NCBI GenBank assembly: GCA_963766075.1
Contig: CAVYAN010000104.1
Coordinates: forward strand, 1-13,240
Source: an uncultured cyanobacterium
GTDB lineage: Bacteria; Cyanobacteriota; Cyanobacteriia; Leptolyngbyales; Leptolyngbyaceae
DNA: 13,240 nt
Direction of reading: 5' to 3'
The notes under the pieces were generated by a model. The model worked only from the letters and a program-made list of their open reading frames with translations. It did no database searches and had not been told where the DNA came from. The first letter of the stretch is position 1. Each line of letters opens with the position of its first letter. A program made the position numbers and the translations under genes. This document shows, in pieces, positions 7,415 to 13,240 of the stretch.

Positions 7415-8491
7415 TTAATCAGCGGTTTCCCAAAAGGGGAGGTTTAAGGGGCGCGGGGTGATGGCTTCTGGGCTGTAGTGCGATCGCACCCGCTGCCACA
7501 AATCCATCCGCTGACCCGAGATCTTGAGTCCGGGAAGGGCAGGGACCATGAATTTGCGGGCGTAGCGAATCATGCTGGCCACATGAAATCCCATGTGACG
7601 GCTGAGGAGCTTTTTGTCGCTGACGGCTAGGTGGTGGTGAATAATTTGGGCAGTGGGGACGTAGTAGACCTGCCAGTGGGCGGCATGGATGCGCCGCGCC
7701 CAGTCAATATCTTCAACATAGAGAAAATAGCCTTCGTCCAGGGGGCCAACGGTGGCGAGGATTTCTCGCCGAATCAACAAGCAAGCCCCGAGGAGCCAAT
7801 CCACGGGCCGAATTTGGGTATGGTCGGCATCCAGCATGAGATGGTGTTGATTGAGGCTGGATTGGCGCAGAAAGTGGCGAAGCGGCGTGCGGCGTGCGAT
7901 CACAGAACCCAGGTTAGGAAAGCGACGCGGGGACGGCTGCACAGTACCGTCCGGGAACAGCAATTGGGCACCACAGAGGCCAACATTGGCATGTTCATCC
8001 ATAAAGGTGAGTAGGGTGGCCAGGGCTCCCGGCTGGACTTCTGTGTCGGGATTCAGTAGCAGGATATAGCGCCCTTTGGCCAGGGCCATGCCGAGGTTAT
8101 TGTTGGCCGAAAAGCCTCGCCGGGTGCGATTGATCAGCAGTTGTACCGTGGGATAGCGGCGGGCGATCGCCGCACTGTCATCACTGGAGCGATTATCCAC
8201 CAGCAGTACTTCCCCGCCCAAACGCTCTACCTCAGGCACCACGGCGGCTAAACACCGGCCAATGAAGGGGGCATGGTTGTGGGTGACGATAATTACAGAG
8301 AGCGGCACCGATGGCGGCTGGGCGGGAACTCTGGCCATTGAGCTGACATCGGCAGGGCTGATAGCGGCAGAGTTGATAGCGGGAGGGGTGGAGTGGGGCG
8401 TGGCCGGAATGGACGATACAAAGGGCAAGGAAGTCACGGCGATCGGGTCCAATGACGTAGGTTTAGGTTCAGGATGCCCGTTCAGGGCCAT
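7415..8491 (-). CDS. Glycosyltransferase family 2 (WbbL/GT2-like)
   Basis: SVIIVTHN, LVDNRSSD, GFSANNNLG, LLNPDT, GACLLIR and FLYVEDIDW motifs. The first ~60 aa are P/S-rich low complexity, so the true start may be further downstream. Confidence 0.9.
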   Translation of the reverse strand: MALNGHPEPKPTSLDPIAVTSLPFVSSIPATPHSTPPAINSAAISPADVSSMARVPAQPPSVPLSVIIVTHNHAPFIGRCLAAVVPEVERLGGEVLLVDNRSSDDSAAIARRYPTVQLLINRTRRGFSANNNLGMALAKGRYILLLNPDTEVQPGALATLLTFMDEHANVGLCGAQLLFPDGTVQPSPRRFPNLGSVIARRTPLRHFLRQSSLNQHHLMLDADHTQIRPVDWLLGACLLIRREILATVGPLDEGYFLYVEDIDWARRIHAAHWQVYYVPTAQIIHHHLAVSDKKLLSRHMGFHVASMIRYARKFMVPALPGLKISGQRMDLWQRVRSHYSPEAITPRPLNLPFWETAD

Positions 8492-8552
8492 AAACTTTCA
8501 GGCTTGATCATTCGTCCGGATGGGTTTCCGCATCGGTGTCTGGAAGGGGAAC

Positions 8553-9731
8553 TCAGCGTCTCGCGGCAATGGCTGCCTCATAGACCGTCATCAATTGGGT
8601 ATAGGCCAGCTCTGCCTGAAAGGTTTGTTCAAACATCCGGCGACCCGCCTCTCCCCAGGTGGCCAGTCGGTCTGGATCGGCCAGGGCGGTGGTTACGGTG
8701 TGGGCCAGGGCGGTGGCATCTCCCGGTGGAAACAAGAGTCCGGTGGTTTGTGGTTGAACGAGTTCGGCGATCGCCCCCAGATCACTCACAATCACAGGTG
8801 TGCCTGTGGCATAGGCTTCCAAAATTGTCCGGCCAAAGGTTTCATAGCAAACGGAAGGTAACACCACCACCTGCGCCGTTTGCATCGTCCGAATCACCGT
8901 GGCCAGAGGCTGATAGCCCAGCAATTCTACCTGGTGCAAACCCTGGTCTTGAATGAAGTCACTGACCCACGCATATAGGGGACCATTGCCAATAATTTTG
9001 AGGGGAATGTGCGGCAGCGATCGCCATGCCTCTAATAGAGTCTCAATCCCCTTTTCCGCCGCCAGTCGGCCCACGTACAGCACTCCACGCCGGGGTTCCC
9101 GGCCTATCCCCGGATCTTGGGTTAAAAAATTAGGTCGGACAAAGAGCTTTTGGGCATTCAGACCACCCTGAACAAATTTGCGCCGTGCAAATTCTGAAGG
9201 GACTAGGAATGCGTCCACTTGGCGCTGCCATGTACCCAATCCGTGGTGCAGGCTGAGCATCAGCGCCACTGAAGCCGTTTGCACCCGTGAATTCCGGTAG
9301 CAGGCATGGTAAATGCTGGGCAGTGGTGAGGTCTGCAAACAGGCTTCGCAAACGTGGCCTTCTCGAAAAAATGTTGATGCCGCACACAATACCCGATAGT
9401 CGTGCAGTGCCTGGATCACGGGTACACGGCATGCGGCACAGGCATAGTAGGCTGCCGGAGACACCAAGGGAAAGAATCCTTGAAAATGCACCACATCAGG
9501 CTGGAAGCGTTGAATTGCTGCCTTGATCTCCTGATAGGATTTGAGCGATGCCGTTGGCTCTAAAAACAACAGGGCTTTGCGCGCGCCTGAGAAGGTCTTG
9601 ATATCATTGTTGTGGCGAAAATACAATTCTACAGCGTGGCCATGCTGCTGTAAAAGCTGTACATCCTGCTCCGTTGCTTCATCATCACCGCCCCGGAATT
9701 GATGATAGTTGTGGACTATGAGGATGCGCAT
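8553..9731 (-). CDS. Glycosyltransferase family 4 (GT-B)
   Basis: MRILIVHN..GG, LHDYRVLC, YVGRLAAEKG, and ETFGRTILEAYATGTPVI (EX7E motif). Confidence 0.93.
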   Translation of the reverse strand: MRILIVHNYHQFRGGDDEATEQDVQLLQQHGHAVELYFRHNNDIKTFSGARKALLFLEPTASLKSYQEIKAAIQRFQPDVVHFQGFFPLVSPAAYYACAACRVPVIQALHDYRVLCAASTFFREGHVCEACLQTSPLPSIYHACYRNSRVQTASVALMLSLHHGLGTWQRQVDAFLVPSEFARRKFVQGGLNAQKLFVRPNFLTQDPGIGREPRRGVLYVGRLAAEKGIETLLEAWRSLPHIPLKIIGNGPLYAWVSDFIQDQGLHQVELLGYQPLATVIRTMQTAQVVVLPSVCYETFGRTILEAYATGTPVIVSDLGAIAELVQPQTTGLLFPPGDATALAHTVTTALADPDRLATWGEAGRRMFEQTFQAELAYTQLMTVYEAAIAARR

Positions 9732-9739
9732 TAGACATT

Positions 9740-9790
9740 ATTTGGATTTTAGACTTTGGATTTTAGATTGCGGATTTTAGATTGCGGATT
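9740..9790. repeat. Cyanobacterial STRR-like heptamer tandem repeat
   Basis: Seven units: ATTTGGA TTTTAGA CTTTGGA TTTTAGA TTGCGGA TTTTAGA TTGCGGA. Confidence 0.85.
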
Positions 9791-9845
9791 TCCCGACTGT
9801 AAGCCAGGGGGTGCAGTGCGGATCGGTATTCGGGGTGGCACTGGC

Positions 9846-10886
9846 TCAGGATTCATCAGAGCTCTTTTCGAGGTGCTTCTGAAGGCGCTTTACGGTCTGA
9901 TACATTTCCGGGAGGCGGCTGTAGATGGCGGAAGCCTTGAGGTAGGTTTTGTGATCGACGTAGGGGTAGCCCGAGACGAGTTGGCCGGGTTCGACGTTGC
10001 CGTGGATGCCGGTTTTGGCAGAGGCGATCGCCCCATCGCCAATGGTGGCCGCATTGGCTACGCCCACCTGTCCGGCTAAAATTACTCGATTGCCAACCTT
10101 GACGCCACCGGCTAACCCGACCTGGGAAGCCAGGGCGCAGGCTTCGCCAATCTGGCAGCCGTGAGCAACTTGGACAAGATTATCGATTTTGGTGTAGCGA
10201 CCAATCCGAGTTTCACCGACGGCGGGCCGATCAATGGTGGAATTGCAGCCTACCTCTACGCCTTCTTCCAGCACAACATCGCCGGACTGTTCCATTTTGT
10301 ACCAGCCAGTTGGGGTGGGGACAAAGCCAAAGCCCTCGGAACCAATGACGGCTCCGCTGTGAATCACACAATCGGCGGCGATGTGGACATGTTCGTGGAT
10401 AACGCAGTTGGCATGCAGAACGGTGCGATCGCCGATTTCTGATCCGGGATACACCACTACATTGGGATGGATACACACCTGATTGCCGATTTTGGCCCCA
10501 GCGGCAATGACGACATGTGCCCCAATGGCTACCTCTGTACCTACAGTGGCGGTGGGATCGATCACCGCGCTGGGATGAATGTAAGGGGCGGGCCGGTAGG
10601 GTTGGTAGAAGCAGGCGATCGCCTGGGCAAACAGCAAGCGGGGATTAGGCGTACTGATCCAAGCAATCCCTTGCGCTGTGGCTTGGGCCTGCAAGGCGCT
10701 GTCCTCTGGCAAAATCAGCGCAGTGGCACAGGTGGTTTTGATCTGGGCGGCAAATTTTGCCCCTTCAATATAGCTCAGCGTTCCCGCTGGGGCCTCATCG
10801 ACGGCTGCTACCCCAGTAATATCTGGATCGGACCCGACACTGTGAGCCGATCCGCCCAAGGTCTCAATCAATGCACTAAATTTCAT
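9846..10886 (-). CDS. lpxD: UDP-3-O-(3-hydroxymyristoyl)glucosamine N-acyltransferase
   Basis: LpxD N-terminal domain (NPRLLFA), hexapeptide repeats, [28 protein letters not shown] and SGYP motifs. Confidence 0.97.
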   Translation of the reverse strand: MKFSALIETLGGSAHSVGSDPDITGVAAVDEAPAGTLSYIEGAKFAAQIKTTCATALILPEDSALQAQATAQGIAWISTPNPRLLFAQAIACFYQPYRPAPYIHPSAVIDPTATVGTEVAIGAHVVIAAGAKIGNQVCIHPNVVVYPGSEIGDRTVLHANCVIHEHVHIAADCVIHSGAVIGSEGFGFVPTPTGWYKMEQSGDVVLEEGVEVGCNSTIDRPAVGETRIGRYTKIDNLVQVAHGCQIGEACALASQVGLAGGVKVGNRVILAGQVGVANAATIGDGAIASAKTGIHGNVEPGQLVSGYPYVDHKTYLKASAIYSRLPEMYQTVKRLQKHLEKSSDES

Positions 10887-10991
10887 GGTTTCAGGATTTT
10901 CCTAATTTTAGGATTAGGGGGGCGAGGATGGCGAAAACAATCAACCGTCGGTTTCTGCGATCGCTGTTTACGGCTTCTGCGTTACGGCTTC

Positions 10992-10997
10992 ATTATA
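10992..10997 (-). promoter_or_regulatory. Candidate -10 element (TATAAT) for lpxD
   Basis: Perfect TATAAT on the minus strand ~105 nt upstream of the lpxD ATG. No canonical -35 at 17 bp spacing. Confidence 0.4.
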
Positions 10998-11049
10998 TGA
11001 AGTCTGTTTGCACTGCGATCGGGTTTCAAACCCTGTTAAGTTATTATTT

Positions 11050-11071
11050 AACTGTAGTATTTGATACAGTT
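11050..11071. promoter_or_regulatory. Candidate NtcA-binding site (TGTA-N8-TACA)
   Basis: AACTGTA-GTATTTGA-TACAGTT: GTA 11054-11056, N8, TAC 11065-11067, with 7-bp perfect arms in an AT-rich intergenic stretch. Confidence 0.6.
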
Positions 11072-11173
11072 TTATTACAGTTTTCGTTGCAGGACTCGCG
11101 GCTCTTTTTTCGAGGAGTTGCTAACGGCATCGCTGGACGGATTTGTCCCCTCAGGGAAACGGCTTGTCCGGAT

Positions 11174-13240
11174 CTACTTCGTTTCCATCCAATTCTCACC
11201 GGAATGAATGTCTACCACTAAGGGCACTGACAAAGAGACTGCCGATTCCATGGTTGATTTGATTTGCAATTCCAGGGCTGACCATTCTTCCCTGGGCATT
11301 TCAAACACAAGTTCATCGTGGACTTGCAGCAGCAGTCGGGCCTCATAGCCCTTGAGCAAATCGTGCAGCTTGCGCATGGCAATTTTGATGATATCGGCAC
11401 TAGAGCCTTGGATCGGGGCATTGGCGGCGGCCCTTAACATCTGGGCGTCATACTGATCGCGAGTTTTGATTTTGCCGAGGTTAATAGCGCTTGGATCGCT
11501 ACCCCGTAGATGCTTCAAATTCTCGCTACTGAAGTTGAAGTAGCGCCGTCGGCCTAGGATAGTTTCGACATAGCCTTGAGCGATCGCCTCTCGCTGCATC
11601 TGTTGCAAATAGGCAAAGACCTGGGAGTAGCGATCGTTAAATCGCTCAATAAACAGCTTGGCTTCCGCATTGGCGACTCCCGCTTCCCGTGCAAACCGCT
11701 GGGCACCCATGCCGTAGATCACCCCAAAGTTAATGATTTTGCCCAATCGGCGCTCTTCGGGGGAAATCTCTGACTTCTCCAACAGTAAGCGCGCCGTCAA
11801 GGCATGGACATCAATATTATTTTGGTAAGCATCAATCAAGACGGGCTCCTGACTCAGATGCGCCAAAATTCGCAATTCAATTTGCGAATAGTCCGCTCCC
11901 ACCAAAATCCAACCAGACTGGGGCACAAACGCTTTGCGAATCTGCCGACTAAAGGCCGTGCGAATCGGAATATTCTGTAGGTTGGGGTTAGAGGAGGAGA
12001 GCCGTCCAGTGGCCGTCCCTGTTTGGTTAAAATCAGTATGAACCCGATGGGTATCTGGGCGTACCATCAGGGGTAACGCATCCACATAGGTAGACTTCAA
12101 TTTACTCAACGTCCGGTACTCGACAATGCTGTCAATAATCGGATGTTCCCCCTGCAATTTCTCCAGGGTGGCCGCATCGGTAGAGTAGCCCGTCTTTGTC
12201 TTCCGGGCCTTTTGGGTAAAGACTTCCACCTGCTCGGCAAGCAGCTCGCTTAGTTGCTTCGGCGAGGCCAAATTAAAGGTTTTGCCCGCGATAGCATAGG
12301 CCGTTTTTTCAATCGCTGCTAGATCGGTTTCCAATTGTTGTGACAGGGTTGCCAAATAGGCTGTATCCACGATAATTCCGGTATATTCCATTTCCGCAAG
12401 GACGGGTTCCAGCGGCAATTCCACGGTTTGAAATAGGCGCAGCAGTGGGGGAGCCGCCTCTAGATAGGCCAGCAATTTGGGCATCAGTCGCCAAGTGGTG
12501 TACACATCCATGCCGCAATAATTAGCGACGAGGGGAATGGCAATATCAGCAATGGTTTTGCCCTTGGAAACCAACTCTCCGTAACTTTGGGCCACAATGC
12601 CCAAATGGACGCGACTGAGTTCCGTCAAGTTATGCGTCCCTTCCGGCTCCAGGACATAGCTGGCCAGCATGGTGTCAAAGACAACGCCCTCTAAATTGAT
12701 GCCCTGGGCGCGCAGGATCAGGCGATCGAACTTGGCGTTTTGTAAGACCTTGGGATAGGTTGCACTTTCTAAAATGGGCCGCAGGGCTACCCGCACGTCA
12801 GTCCAGTCCAGACAAGTCCCCTGGGTATGGCTAAGGGGAATATAGGCCACATCCGTGCTGGCCTCGCCCCAGCAGCAGCCCAGACCCACTAGGGTGGCAT
12901 CTCGCGGATCCAGGGCGGTGGTTTCCGTATCCCAGGCCACAGCAGTCTGGGTGCAGGTTTGTAACTGAGCCACAAGACGGGCTAACTTTTCTGGAGTATC
13001 AATGATTTGGGGAGCGATCGGGAGCGTTGCGTCCTGCTGAGCTTTGGCGGTGTCCACAGCACTGAAAAACCAATCCTCATCGGATTCAGTAGCGTTGTCG
13101 CCATTGATTGCTTCAGATACATCAGTAGAGCTAACCGAAGGCGTGGCAAAATCACCGCTAAAGTGTCGTCGAAATTTGGGCAGTTGATTTGTAAAAAATC
13201 GAAATTCCAGTTTCTCTAGCCAGGGCAGTAAAGCATCTTC
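11174..13240 (-). CDS. polA: DNA polymerase I, 5' part outside window
   Basis: The frame stays open from 13057 to the window edge (EDALLPWLEKLEF...DWFFSAVDT). Exo motifs WDTET, NAKFD, YCGMD; polymerase motifs ADYSQIELR, KIINFGVIYG, QVHDE. Confidence 0.98.
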   Translation of the reverse strand, partial: EDALLPWLEKLEFRFFTNQLPKFRRHFSGDFATPSVSSTDVSEAINGDNATESDEDWFFSAVDTAKAQQDATLPIAPQIIDTPEKLARLVAQLQTCTQTAVAWDTETTALDPRDATLVGLGCCWGEASTDVAYIPLSHTQGTCLDWTDVRVALRPILESATYPKVLQNAKFDRLILRAQGINLEGVVFDTMLASYVLEPEGTHNLTELSRVHLGIVAQSYGELVSKGKTIADIAIPLVANYCGMDVYTTWRLMPKLLAYLEAAPPLLRLFQTVELPLEPVLAEMEYTGIIVDTAYLATLSQQLETDLAAIEKTAYAIAGKTFNLASPKQLSELLAEQVEVFTQKARKTKTGYSTDAATLEKLQGEHPIIDSIVEYRTLSKLKSTYVDALPLMVRPDTHRVHTDFNQTGTATGRLSSSNPNLQNIPIRTAFSRQIRKAFVPQSGWILVGADYSQIELRILAHLSQEPVLIDAYQNNIDVHALTARLLLEKSEISPEERRLGKIINFGVIYGMGAQRFAREAGVANAEAKLFIERFNDRYSQVFAYLQQMQREAIAQGYVETILGRRRYFNFSSENLKHLRGSDPSAINLGKIKTRDQYDAQMLRAAANAPIQGSSADIIKIAMRKLHDLLKGYEARLLLQVHDELVFEMPREEWSALELQIKSTMESAVSLSVPLVVDIHSGENWMETK

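Larger units (their letters stand above)
238..11587. repeat. Dispersed HIP1 octamer GCGATCGC (about 26 copies)
   Basis: Manual scan, e.g. at 238, 1271, 1476, 1767, 2202, 2328, 2639, 3488, 3797, 5296, 5592, 5723, 6012, 6911, 7171, 8163, 9017, 10024, 10615, 10957, 11580. Fewer than one copy is expected by chance. Confidence 0.93.

Noticed and set aside
9756..10079. ORF beginning MDFRLRILDCGF
   Set aside because: It is the translated heptamer repeat running antisense into lpxD, a typical spurious call.
11023..11057. GTTTCAAACCCTGTTAAG... loosely resembling a cyanobacterial CRISPR repeat start
   Set aside because: One degenerate copy, no spacers, no second repeat and no cas genes in the window.
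13055..13057. polA starting at GTG 13057 as a Klenow-like polymerase lacking the 5'-3' exonuclease
   Set aside because: The frame is open and PolA-like (LEKLEF, WFFSA) up to the window edge, so this is a window truncation.
58..13219. Remaining short or overlapping ORFs in the track (e.g. 154..387, 1453..2019, 8474..8956, 10467..11000, 10928..11221)
   Set aside because: They overlap well-supported genes in other frames or strands, or lack recognisable motifs; expected shadows in GC-rich DNA.

Overview
Cyanobacterial chromosomal window, with about 26 HIP1 GCGATCGC octamers by manual count and a heptamer STRR-like tract. The left ~850 bp is an accessory scar: the 3' end of a Uma2/DUF820 gene, the first ~19 codons of an AbrB/MazE-type gene cut off by a decayed transposase end, and a doubly truncated ISAzo13-like transposase fragment. 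Next come a 583-aa RluA-type pseudouridine synthase whose long N-terminus looks like a split Zn-deaminase plus helical domain (the architecture of the C-to-pseudouridine tRNA editor TrcP), a TerC-family gene (-), a DUF4079-like gene and dusB (+). The right half is a minus-strand run: polA (5' end outside the window), lpxD, GT4, GT2 and a WcaJ-like priming sugar transferase broken by a single-base frameshift at a G6 run. An NtcA-type palindrome lies between polA and lpxD. Family calls come from recalled motifs; no searches were run.
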